The notes below the pieces were generated by a model. It was not told the origin of the DNA, ran no database searches, and saw nothing but the letters and a program-made list of their open reading frames with translations. From contig OZ287718.1 of NCBI GenBank assembly GCA_965649825.1, positions 120,796-184,795 on the forward strand: 64,000 nucleotides of DNA, given 5' to 3'. The position numbers were made by a program, and so were the translations under genes. This DNA comes from Penicillus capitatus. Lineage: Eukaryota; Plantae; Chlorophyta. Below, one piece after another: positions 1-11,973 of the stretch (its first letter is position 1; each line of letters begins with the position of its first letter).

Positions 1-614
1 CTCGGAGCACCCGCCATTGCTTCCAAACAAACTTCTACATTGCAGCGACAGTGTTAAACGAAGAAACCGAGTTCGGTCACGACAATGGTGTAGAAGAGCC
101 AAATCGAGAGGAGACCGTTTGAAGACGCGGCGTTCGCCATTCTCTTATCATCTGAAGATTTCTTGAAAGCGGACATGATAAACACGCGGTGCCGTACAAG
201 GAGATGACGGAATGGTATAACGCATGGCGTCGTCTTCCATCGAAGCTCAGAAGAGACGCATCATCGAAGATTACCGACACCGTCGCCGCAGACAGGAGCA
301 ATCGCAGGATACCTTGTCACGTCTCTGGAGGTAACACACGACACAGTAGAGCTGGTTGGCGAGCACTGGTGTCGGTGCAGGTGGTGTGCATCTCAGAAGG
401 TCAACTTTGATTCGCTGATTGGCATTGCAGTTTACGATACCTGGTGGGAACCTGCATTACTGTACGTAACGTGCAGTCTCGTTGTGTGGTTGGTTCTGTG
501 GGGTGCGTTGATTCAACTACGCAACGCTGTTCATCTGATTCTCCTTCTCCGAGACACGTTGTTCACTTGGCTGCGTTTCTTAGCTCATTTCTTGGCAGCT
601 TCTCGTAAAGCACA

Positions 615-1043
615 ATGAGCTTCTTGTTACCGCATCTACATTCCGGATACGCAGTGGACCAAGCCATTCTTTCCGAAGAGCTACGTGTGGTGATCCTGCG
701 TTTTGGCCATGACTGGGATCCAACATGTATGCAGATGGATGAAATTCTCTCTCAGTGCTCTGACAGTGTCAAGAACTTTGCAGTTGTCTATCTGGTAGAC
801 ATCACAGAAGTGCCAGATTTCAATACAATGTATGAGCTCTATGATCCATGCACTGTCATGTTCTTCTTCAGAAACAAGCACATCATGATTGATCTGGGGA
901 CAGGCAACAACAACAAGATCAACTGGGCGATGAGTGATAAACAGGAATTTGTCGATATCGTTGAGACAGTCTACAGAGGAGCACGGAAAGGACGAGGATT
1001 GGTGGTGTCGCCAAAAGATTACTCGACAAAATACAGATACTGA
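615..1043 (+). CDS. DIM1: U5 snRNP thioredoxin-like protein Dim1/TXNL4A (intronless)
   Basis: 142-aa ORF, MSFLLPHLHSGYAVDQAILSEELRVVILRFGHDWD...GRGLVVSPKDYSTKYRY, matches the highly conserved Dim1 sequence end to end. Confidence 0.97.
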   Translation: MSFLLPHLHSGYAVDQAILSEELRVVILRFGHDWDPTCMQMDEILSQCSDSVKNFAVVYLVDITEVPDFNTMYELYDPCTVMFFFRNKHIMIDLGTGNNNKINWAMSDKQEFVDIVETVYRGARKGRGLVVSPKDYSTKYRY

Positions 1044-1064
1044 TGACGCCTGCCAGCAAAGACG

Positions 1065-2319
1065 TCAGAAATTTGTGATGTACTCGTCTAGAGGCTGCAT
1101 GGACATCTCTGAAGGGAGCCCTTTCTCCTGTCGGTGAAGGAAGACTTTTGTCATGTAGCTAAGCTTCTGCTGTGTAAACGCTGTGTGTCGTTCATCTTTT
1201 GCGATCTCCTCTGCCATTGCATCCAAGTCTTTCTGAGCCACTGTGTCTGTGGAGCTCCAGATGGCCATAAGCACGCTCAGTTGTTTTTCAGAGAATGCTG
1301 AGAGTCTGTGCGACTTACAGATCTCTTGGTTCAAGGTCTCGAAATGGGACGATGACTCGATGCCAGAAGACAAAGCACGGTCCTTGTTGATCAGGTGCAT
1401 TGCGCACTGTAGACGCGTGAGATCGTCCTCTGTATAACACTTCATTCTGCAACACACTCCACATGATCACATTTCACAGTAAACACCATGAGGCACATAC
1501 CTGTGCGGTCGGAGACACTGGTCAAGCAGTGCTTGAATGAAATGCCTGCGCCTATAAGTGAGAATGGCAGATGATAAGAAGAGATCCACGATCGATGCTT
1601 CGTTAAAATGCCTAACGCATTCCATAGATCGAGTCGAGATATTTTGAATGTCGATGTGTATACTCGAGTCGATGGGGTTTGATGGTTTCTTTTGCCAGTG
1701 GATCCAGATAAGCTTCAAAGTAGAAACGCAGACGGGCCAGTCCCTTCCAGATCTCACCGATCTGCACTTCCGTAAACGACATTCCCCTTTCTTCGCGTAT
1801 CACTTCCCTCATGACCTCCACCAGCAGTTCCGAGATGCCAAAGAACACGCCGCATGGCTGAACACTGTTTGCCTTTGTTGCTATCCTTCCGAGGCGTCCC
1901 ATGGATTTGACCATCACCACCAACTGGATGTGATCTAGCTCAGAGAAGACCCGCTTTTCTCTCATATCTTTGCACATATCTCCAAGCAATTGAGGATGCA
2001 TGTAGCCCAGTAATGCACAGGAACTGAACATGAACACCATTCTGCGTGGTGTCCAAGAGGAGATCGCTTTCCTCGTCGTACAGAGCTGTGACAGATGATT
2101 CAGATCTTTATGCATGGCGTCTCTGGGAGGGCGAAATCGACAGTGCGCCAACTTGCGGAAACTCAGTTCCAGCTGCGAGGGTGTCGGTTGTTTCTCTTGT
2201 GTGACCTTGTTCATTATGCTCTCCCAACTCAGAGACTCCCATTCTTCATAGATCTTGGTAAAGCAGCGCACGTGTTTGAGATATATTGCATGAAATTTAA
2301 CACATCTGATGACTCTCAT
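1065..2319 (-). CDS. Organelle-targeted helical-repeat protein, degenerate OPR/FASTK-like (about 3 exons)
   Basis: ORF pieces 1612-2331, 1467-1757 and 1065-1457. First ATG at 2319 gives a presequence-like MRVIRCVKFHAIYLKHVRCF. Repeated motifs such as FTEVQIGEIWKGLARLRF, FNEASIVDLFLSSAILTY and FSEKQLSVLMAIWS resemble OPR consensus. Family call is an inference. Confidence 0.5.
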
Positions 2320-2354
2320 CGTATTAAACAATCACGGCAGCACGCAAAACGCAT

Positions 2355-4645
2355 ATGACTCCGACTTTGGAATTTGAAGAATTCTGGCCACAATGGCCTC
2401 GAGAGACATCCGGACGGTTGCTATTAAATCTCTGTGTAGAGACGTCGTTCGCTGAGTTGGTGCATCACATCTGGTCTCCCAATTCCCGTTTTCTAGTACT
2501 CAGTGTGCTCTTTCGCGAACCAGACAAAACTGCATGCGCAGGCAGAAGCGAATAGACAGAGAGGGTATGTAGACTTTCATTGCACCGATTGGATGAGTTC
2601 TGAAACGGAACTCCCCGACCTGCCTGGGGGTTTCGATTGGCGTTGGGAACATTCTCCAACTGTTAATTTTATTACTAATATTCGAGGAAAAATGAGAAAG
2701 GCGAGTGCAACCACCCATCCTGTACGTGTTTGGAGTGCGGATGAGAGAGTGCGTGTATATTAGGTGCGCTTTGAGGCGAGAAGTGGCAGTGTTTTGACAC
2801 AGCAGCCCTTTAAGACAGAAGAAGTTCAGAGATGCACACAGTACAAGGAGAAAGAGTGTATGGTCGTGGATGCATGTGTGCGATCAACGGCACCGTTGTG
2901 TGACAAAATTCGAGTTCTTTGCAGGCAACACATCCAATCCGATGTCGCCTTCTCCATTCGACAGACATTGTTGCAGATACACCATTAAGGCTGTGAAGCC
3001 AGAGAAGTGTCAGTTGAGAGTCGTTTACCACATCGAGTACCTCCAAAGTCTAAACGGGTTTCTCAAAGGCATTCTCGAGAGAGGCGCCAGAGGTATGGCA
3101 GACGAATAAATATCTGGATGTAGAAGAAAGGCGTCTTCTTTTCTAAATGTTCAGACGGGCTGACATCAAACTACGATACATTTGGCAAAGTGCTGCTTTC
3201 CTGTGTCTCTCCGATCTCAGAGAATGCTACTGCTGATTCAACACCAGAATCCCAACCGGATGTCGATGTGCTTCAATCCTCCGCTAAAAACATGTGATGC
3301 TCTTCTCGCTGTCCCATCAACAAATGTGTTTTCCTGCAGGCGTCCCTACCAAAGCGTTCTCAATTGGTCAGCAATTCCGCCTATATCTTTCATCTTTGCC
3401 TTGCTCAACATCCTGACAACAAGGTCATTATTGATGTGGTTTTTTGAACTTGTGGTGGAGTTTTCGATGGCTGTTCTCTATGTCGCATTTCTATATCTTC
3501 TCTTCCACGTGTGGACATTGATTAGGGAGAAATTCAATACAGGAGGTCTTTTCTTGATATCTTCGGAAATCGATTTCCGACAAGGGTTGATGACAGTATT
3601 TGTCCTTATCCTTTTGTTGGAGGGGTCACAGGTTTTCATCCATTTTTTCAAGAGACTGTTGAATATTTCTCGATTGTGCTGCATTCATCTGTACGGAAAG
3701 ATGAGTGAGTTTTTGGCCAGACTGCATGCAGAGAGCCATCGGAATCTCCACAGTAGCCCCTCCATCGATGACACTGTGAGCCTTGCTGAGCATCTGACGG
3801 ACGACGACCGGATCGATTCTGGATGCTCGGCAGAGACAGAGGTCGACGAAGGAAATCAGGATGATTCCTTCATCCGAAAAATTGTGAACGGATTCTGGAC
3901 TCTTCTATATTACAGTAAGACCAAACAGACACTGTCTGTCTGTCATTACGCTCTCCACATCCATCACCTGTTGCCGATGCTGTAGATAGTTCAGATTTCA
4001 GAAAGTTTGCGCATTCCATGCCAATCGAAGAACGCACCAATCCGGATGGTAGTGTCGTTGAAGAGCTGTTCGAGAATGAACGGCTCCAACCTTTCCGGGT
4101 GAGTGAGATCTGTCCAACAATACCACTAGAGAGAGATTGTGAATGAAATCGATGGCTGTCCTTCGTTCTAGGGTTGGGGACATCAGTGGCCGGGACATTT
4201 CCTCCCGACGGATAAGTTTAGTCATTGGAGTTCTTTTGATATGGATGGGAACATTGTCACATGTGACCAACGTGAAAAAGTCGAACCGTTTCTTCCACCC
4301 GGATGGGAATGGAAGGAAGAAGACTGGAAGGTAATGCAAGGACGCAACTCTGTTGCCAAGTGTGTTCACCATCTGATGCTCCCTCCATAGGTGGATCTGA
4401 GCAGAAGGAATTCGCAAGCTGTCGACAAACAAGGTTGGTATTACAGTTTGGACTTTCCATGGATCAAATTCGCCCCAGAGAAAAACAACGGAATCCGAAA
4501 GATGTCTGATTTCGTACGACGACGCAGATATACCAGAACACGCATCCGCAAGACTCAAGGTCTAAACGCTAATGCCCAAGCATCCACTTTCCAAGACAAT
4601 CCCTCCAATCCAACGCCATACTTCTCCTTTCTCCAGTTCCTTTAG
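2355..4645 (+). CDS. VASt (StART-like lipid-transfer) domain + transmembrane segments + C-terminal DysF (peroxin/ferlin) domain protein, multi-exon
   Basis: Spliced reading gives VASt-like segments LLLNLCVETSFAELVHHIWSPNSRFL, RQRGYVDFHCTDW and RYTIKAVKPEKCQLRVVYHIEYLQSLNGFLKGILERGARDGLTSNYDTFGKVL. Hydrophobic helices follow at about 3370-3650. The DysF signature is EELFENERLQPFRGWG..LPPGWEWKEEDWKVD..VDKQGWYYSLDF..SDFVRRRRYTRTR. GT-AG introns with matching phases link the VASt, TM and DysF segments. Confidence 0.75.
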
Positions 4646-4764
4646 CGTTGAAGCTGCTCGCTCGTATTGCATTTGTATATACACAAGAGCAACAACAACA
4701 ATGATTAAACGAATGAGAATAAGCAAGCGTCATCCGATCTATCCGTCCTGTCTCTGTTAGATCA

Positions 4765-7700
4765 TCACGGAGAGGATGTGCGCTTCATGGCGTCGCCACA
4801 ATGCCACCAAGTCCTGGCGGACTTTCTTTCTTTTCTGTCTGTCCCTCTTCGGTTTCTGTTTCGTCGAGAGATGCAATGGCTTTCTCTGCTACCTCTGATC
4901 GAGGCTGACGACTAAAGCCGTATCCCAAGCTGTACCCAGATTCTTGAGACAGACTCTGTAATTCAGCAAAATGGTCTCGGCGGAATTCATCTAAAATGTT
5001 ACCGATCTCCTCCTCTGGAATACGAACCTGCCAAAGAAAAACGATCTATCGGTTTTTTATATCGTAGAGAGACGTGACCTGTGCAAGGACGGTCGCAGCA
5101 AGTTGAAGACTGGGTTCCAGTGTTTCGGGAACAACCACATTGGCTCCTGCTCGTTCAAGATTGCGAGCATGTTCTAGATCGAAAGCACGGACATATGTCT
5201 TGACATGAGGAAAATGATGCTTCATGGTCCACACACAGCGATAGTTGGAACCTGTGGGAGTGACAGCGATCGGGCCAGATCGCAAGCAAACGGTAACTAG
5301 GCCATACCTGGACTGTCCAGCACAACAACGATACAAGAGGCTCGTGCTGCACCCAAGCTATGCAAGACTTGTTGGCTGCCTGCATCTCCAAAGTAAACAG
5401 GCAGATCAAGATTCTTGCCATTCTGTCGTCAGAAAAGTCAGATGGGATGCTCATGCCTCGACGAGATGCACACGCACTTGCACTCTCTGGCTGACAACAT
5501 CGACAGCCACAAAGGGGATCAGCCGTTCGCTCAGTAACTGCGCAATCAACTGTCCCACACGGCCGAAACCGGCAATGATGATGTGATCCTTCAGGTGTCC
5601 TGTTTCGACCTCATTTGGAGTCATTGCCTGGCACACACGTTGGTCAACGGAACAGAGAAGAGGGTAAGAAAGTCAAGCCCATCCTGCCGACCTTCATATC
5701 GCCCTTTTCAAAAATCCTCCCCAACCGAGCGCCGGCAATAGCAAGATAAGGCAGCAATGCCATGGAGAGTGAGACAACAAGATAAAGCTGTGTTACCAAT
5801 GCTGTGGGTAAGACGCCTTGAGAAGCAGCTTCTCCGAATGCAACAAAGGCGAATTCGCCGCCAGGTGCCAACAGAAGACCCGATCTCAATGCAGTCAGTC
5901 GAGAAATGCCAAACAGTGGACCCACTACTGCCATCACTGCCACTTTGCCAGTCAAAAGGAAGGAGAGTTGGAAAATGAGGTTCCGCCAACTCTCGATCAT
6001 GAGACCGACAGAGATCTCCATTCCGACTGTCATGAAGAAGAGACCCATAAGCAATCCCTTGTAAGGCTCGATGTCAGATTCCACCTATTTGCGAGAAGCA
6101 CGAGAGAAATCGGACATGGATAGCAGGGATCGCACCTGCACAACGTATTCTGTTTCTGCTAGTAGAAGACCCGCTAGGAAGGCCCCAAGCGCAAGAGAAA
6201 GGCCTGCGAGCTGTGTGATTAGACTGGTGCCCAGAACAACTAGAAGTGTAAGAGCAGCAAAAATCTCCTTGTTTTCTAGACGAGCAACGAGACTGTAAAT
6301 TGGTCTGACCCACACGCGCCCGACAGAAATAATCCCTAGAGCAGAGGAAAAAGTGGATCTGTACGATCCTCAAACGCACGATGACGGAACATGCCTGTGA
6401 TGCAGATCACTGCTTTGATTGCTGCAATACTGAGCGCCTTCATGATCACATCAAGTCCACCGCCAGATGCTGAATTCTTGTTTGACAGCAGAGGAATGAG
6501 CATGAGAACCACAACCACTGCCAGATCTTGCAACAGGAGAATGGAGAACGTTGCCCGGCCGTGACGTGATCCAGTCTCAGCACGTTCTTGAAGGACCTGA
6601 TCGGCACAAAGGCACTGTCCAATAAACACATTGTTCATGGCAGTAGTAAAGCGACCTGCATGGCGACAGCTGTCGACGACAGAGCTAAACCAGATCCCAG
6701 AATGATAGCACCGGGCCCCGGCAATCCAGCAAGCGACCCTGGATGGCAATGATGTGTAACATGTGTGCTAACAGAAGAGTGATTTTGATGTGACCTGCCA
6801 CTAAGGCGACGGCGATTGTGGTGACCAACACCTGAGTCGATCCCATTCCAAATACCATCTTGGCCATAGACCTCAGTCTTTCAAGACTGAGTTCCAAACC
6901 GATGTTAAAAAGTAAGAACACGACACCCAACTCTGCCAACGTCCTGACTTCCTCAATGTTCTTAATGATACCCAATGCATGAGGTCCGACCATGGCACCT
7001 GCTACCTAGGACTCACCACAAATTCATGGAGGTGAGAGTGGCACTGGCTTACAAGAAATCCGAGAACGGGAGTGGCACCAGGAAGGACCCGACAAACAAC
7101 TGGCACCATGACGACACTCATAAGCAGAAGCCAGATGGTTCGGATGAACCCCGCTTCAGATCCATGACTCTCGGGAAGCAAAGCTGAAAACGCTTCTGCT
7201 GGACGGGATATCAGACGCTGAAATGAAAGCGTTGCAGCTGTGATGAGCTTTCCTCCCAAGGGAGAAAAAGCAAGAACAAGAGCCGCAGCGAGAACAACGA
7301 TGCCGATCGCCAATGGAACACGGTGTTCGTTGACAAATGTCTTGACGGAAGCTTGGAATGGAGATTTGGCATCCACGAGGACAACATCTTCTGCACTGTC
7401 ATCGCCTGTGCCTCCAGTGCTCTCTTTATCGAGCAGTACTTTGGGTTGGAGTCCATTTTCCCTCAAAACCTCTTCCCTGTCAGTCAAGAATGATGGCTGG
7501 ATGGAACACGCATGAGGTCTGAGATCAAATGTCTCACATTTCTGCTCGGATTCGCCTGGCACCTTCTGTATCCAGCTCCTGCGATTCCAGCATATCAATT
7601 TCAGACATTGCTTTGTTAAAAGCAGTTTCAGTCTCTTTCAGAACAGCCTTGGACTCCAACTCAACAGTGACGGCTGACTGCGCTGCCTTCATCACAGCCT

Positions 7701-8832
7701 GCGCTCTGGCCTCGGCCTTACGGGCAACAGTCTGACATTCATGCACACGATCTCGCTCATGGGAAATCTGAAAGACGACGAGGAAGCACATCACTCACTT
7801 AACACGTTCCATGTGAAGGAAAACAGACTTTGGCATCAATCGATGTGATTCTCTTGCCCAAGTCTTCATAACTCGCCTTCGCTTTCTCCAGTGATTGTAA
7901 CAGTTCTCTGATCTCGGCATTGATTTCTTCCGCCGTGCGTCGTGGTTTTGAGATCGGTTTTCCATTTGTTTTCGCCATAGAGACGTCTCCAGTCGTGGAT
8001 TCCTCTTCAGCAACGGAGTCCGTGTGATACATTGGCTGCTCTCCAACTCCATCGACACCATCATGACTGAAAGCACACAGACTTCGTTCAAACGACAGCA
8101 CACATACAGTCATGAGTATGACTCTTCTGCATCTGTCGTTTCTGCGACGTGCTCTTGTAGGATTGAGATCTGGGATTTCAGCGAGTCCATCTCAGATGAT
8201 AGGAGTTCCCGTTCGTCGATACATGATTGCTTCTCTGCCAAACAGCAGTCCAGCTTCTTCTTTGCCTCTTCATATCCTTCAATGGCAACCAGTGCCAGTT
8301 CAGCAATGTTGATGGCCTGTCAACAAAGAAAGAAATGGACGATGATCTCCTGTGTTCGCGGATTTGGGAGACCTACTTCAGCTTCGAGAGCCTCTCTTTT
8401 GAAAGCAGATTTCCCAGCCTTGACTTTTGCTCTTTCGAGAGCATCCCTGAGGGGTTCCATCTCATCGTCCGACGGCGGTTCTCCCTCTTTACCGTGGTCT
8501 TCCTTTGGCGATGGCGTATCAGACGCGTCATCTGGAGTACTGTGACAAGCGACCCCGCTGGACAAAAGCACTCATTGAGATCAAGCAAGATCTCCAAGCA
8601 GAGATTTGTCTGACCGTGTCCAAAAACAACGCCTCGGTGCGTAACGCTCGTACTGAGCTTTCAGGTAACGACTGGGCAAAGACGTCTCTGTCCCCCACAG
8701 CAGAGGAAGGTTATGGCCAATGCAGCGCGAAGCACGTGTCAGATTGAGAAATCTCCTCTGCACCGAGACTGCTTTTGGATAGTGGAAAAAATGCACATGC
8801 TTTTGCGTAACGGATCTGTAAACGAGTACCAT
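4765..8832 (-). CDS. KEA1/2: Plastid envelope K+/H+ antiporter KEA1/KEA2-like (CPA2; N-terminal coiled coil, TM domain, KTN/TrkA-N), many exons
   Basis: Transit-like first exon from ATG 8832, then acidic coiled-coil exons. Motifs include LAELGVVFLLFNIGLELS, LLLQDLAVV, ESDIEPYKGLLMGLFFMTVGM, HIIIAGFGRVGQLIAQLL, VPETLEPSLQLAA and the C-terminal FRRDHFAELQSLSQESGYSLGYG. Stop TGA at 4765-4767. Confidence 0.92.
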
Positions 8833-8964
8833 GCTTGGGGCGTCTGTCAGACAATGTAATTCGCGGTATGATTCCCACGACTGCGCCGGTGACGTGACAG
8901 ACGACTCTAAGAACTCACTGACTTACTGGAGTGCGTGCGTATGGGCATTGCCGACGAATAGACG

Positions 8965-11730
8965 ATGAATCGAAGCGTCGCCCCATCGATCTTGGCGCAC
9001 TACTTTTCAAATGCGTTTGAGGATGTCGTGGATCGACACATTCGTCTGTGTCGCGCTGTACTGAGCTGCTGTTCCACGCATCCAGGGTCAAATCCACTTC
9101 TCTCGAGCTTATCGATCGTTCGAGGGAAGCCTGTGGTTTATTTGGACGGCGTCGAGCTTGAAAAGCTGAAGATCGATGAACTGTCTGCCGAGCTCAGTGC
9201 TCATCCAGATGATACCATTCGTTGTTTAGCTGCTGCTACACATCAAGCATGTGATGGAGGATCTGATGGATCTTTGTTGGACGCAGATGTGACAGTTCGT
9301 TTGTTCAACTGTCCTGCATTCAGTGTCCAGATCTCGAGCATCGGTGCAGCTCGGATTGGGAAACTGGTGAGCGTGACTGGAACTGTGTCAAGAATGAGTG
9401 CAGTAGCATCACTGATCATGTCGATGGATTGTGTGTGCAAACAATGCGGATGGAGAATTCGGAGAGAATTTACAAAATGTTCATCGACACCGACATGCGA
9501 AAGACCACGATGCAAAAGTCGTCATTTCATACCGGACACAGCATCTATCAGAAGAGGCGATTGGCAACAGATCGTTATTCGACAAGATATCTGTGCCAGT
9601 CAACAAGTGTTCTGTGCACTTCCTTTACTGTGAAATACATGTCCAGTGCTCCTTAGATTAGCGGCGGCGTTGGGAACAGTATGATTGCCGTGTTGAAGGA
9701 TGATCTTGTTCATGGCTGCGTCCTTGGCGATGCGGTGACTGTCGTCGGCATTGTGCGAACAGTTGGTCAAGCTGCATCGAAGAACAGACCACCGCCACAG
9801 CCATGCAATCCGTTCACGTTGTTCGTTGATGCTCTATCTGTGGCTCAGACTGAACCACAACGCCTTCCCTTCTCTCATCTTGGAATGCCAGATCATCTCA
9901 GTCGCTCTTTTAGTCACAGAGACATCAAGATGATTCATGCATTTCGTCGAGACTGCGCAGGACGTGTCTTGAAGTGTGCGCAGCTTCTGAAATCACTTTG
10001 GTTTACATTCTTTTGCATTCAGGCACTTGGTTCACGCCTTCTGTCCACAAGTCTGTGGTCATGAAGCGATCAAAGCGGGTCTCTTGTTGTCGTTGATGGA
10101 TGGATGCTCGAATGAAAAGACGAAACAAATCGAAGGTCATTGCGCAGAAACCACGCATCTGCATGTTCTACTCGTCGGTGATCCGGGAATGCAAACAACG
10201 GAGCTCCTCCAAGTCATCAACCTTACTCCTTCTACACCCTTCTTCATGCTTTTGCAGGAAGCAGCCCGCTGGGCTCCTAAATCTGTCTACATTACTGGCG
10301 GCCAGTGTTCAAAGAACAACTTGACGGTGTCCTGCACAAAAGAAGATACATCTGGATGCTGGATGTTTGAAGCAGGTCCAATTGTTCTGGCGAAGAACGG
10401 ATTGTGTTGTATCGAAGGATTCGATGAGTTGGCATCATCTCGACTGTTATCTCTGACGGACATTATGGACAACCATGTACGTTACTCCTGATCAGTAAGG
10501 TTTCGCGGTTTGACAAGATCTCCTCTAGGCTAATCTGACTGAAGACAGAGGTGGTGCCATCCTGTCCACTTCTGTCCCTGTCAACATTATCGCCACGACT
10601 GGACCTTCATATGGGCACTATCAATACTCCAAGACTCTGGTTCAGAATCTCCGGATAGACGAATCGATTGCATCGCGATTTGGTCTGATCTTCCTGATGA
10701 CAGACAGGCCAGATACCGAACGAGATAGGATGCTATCCCGGCACATGCTCAAGATGCAATCCCGAAGACACTTCAAAGGTCGCCCTGTTTTTTGAGAGTG
10801 GAGAATTTCCCATCACACTTTGTTCGATGTAGGTACGCACTCGAAGGGCCAACTACAGCGACGCATGGATCTCTTTTCGTCCGTCGATGAGATGTCAAAA
10901 TGTAGTGGATTCATCGAGCAACTTCAGCTGCCAGCATCACTGAGGAAATCCACAATGCCAACAGACTTTCTGAAGAAATATGTGGCCTATGCAAAGAAAC
11001 ATGTGCATCCTCAGTTGTCTAATGAAGCTATGGACACTTTGGAGAAATTCTATCTCCATCTCAGAAGCCAATTAACTGTGTCATCGGAGATCCCTGTTAC
11101 TGCCCGGAATCTTCAGATGCTCATCAGGTGAACCGAATACGCTCTGTCGGTTTCTTGCATTCCATCTTTGTAGCCTTGCCAAGGCATGTGCCAGAATCGA
11201 ATTAAGAGAATCGGTGACGGTTTCAGATGCTGAGGTATGTAAACGATCTGTTGGATTATTGAGATATCCATGCAAGTGATTCTCTAGAATGCTATCCGTC
11301 TTGTGAACCATGTGATCTGCTCGAGAATTGTAAACGCGCCAGGTCCTACTGATGATCTGCCGCTGAACAGGAGAAAGAGAAAAGCCAAACAGATTGAAAT
11401 TTTTATCCAAGAGTTGCGGCAGCATGCTTTGTCAAAAGACACAGACTTGGTGACAATGAACGATATCTACCTGGTTGCCGATGACCTCGAGTTGGATGTG
11501 GAAGACATTCAAGACTTTGTTGACAAACTCAATGATGAAGGTAACAGTGCTGATGTCTATCCATCGTGAAAGATGCCTGTTGTCTTTCAGGCGAATTGCT
11601 GAAGAAAGGCCCCCAACTGTACAGAGTATTGGGAACACAGAATGCAACGTTGCAGAACTCTAATCCAAACGGCGAAGCCAGGCGCCTCACAGGGAGAGGA
11701 TTTTCAGTGCTCAGCAGACCTGAACTGTGA
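8965..11730 (+). CDS. MCM8-like: MCM8-like helicase homolog with degenerate ATPase motifs, multi-exon
   Basis: Zn finger CKQC..C..C, OB-fold LKDDLVHGCVLGDAVTVVGIV, AAA entry CPQVCGHEAIKAGLLLSL, Arg finger SRF, VTARNLQMLIRLAKACARIELR, and MCM8-type C-terminus DFVDKLNDEGELLKKGPQLY. Walker A/B are altered (see findings). Confidence 0.85.
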
Positions 11731-11973
11731 CAAACAAAGACAGAAAAACGTCATATCTGTCTTGAAGGATGATGACAAGAACAGGGAGTGAACTGCATGT
11801 CATGATCGTGTGGCGACAGGCGTTCTCTTTGAAAGTGCATGGGCATTGAAAGCAGCTGTCAGAAGAACGTGGAATTGTCCAATGTCTAACCGTTTCGAGT
11901 AGCACATGTAAAACAAAGAACAGTGAGTGCAATGACCCGCAAGCAGATGGATGGACTCCATTCGAAAGAAGAA

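Noticed and set aside
1-420. Short ORFs at the window start
   Set aside because: No recognisable product and the context is cut off by the window edge.
3998-4558. 186-aa minus-strand ORF
   Set aside because: It is an antisense shadow of the plus-strand DysF exons, which show clear motifs and splice sites.
8915-8986. Possible KEA first exon overlapping the MCM8-like start codon on the opposite strand
   Set aside because: ATG 8832 already gives a complete transit-like exon that splices in phase, so the overlap is unnecessary. A 5' UTR exon here remains possible.
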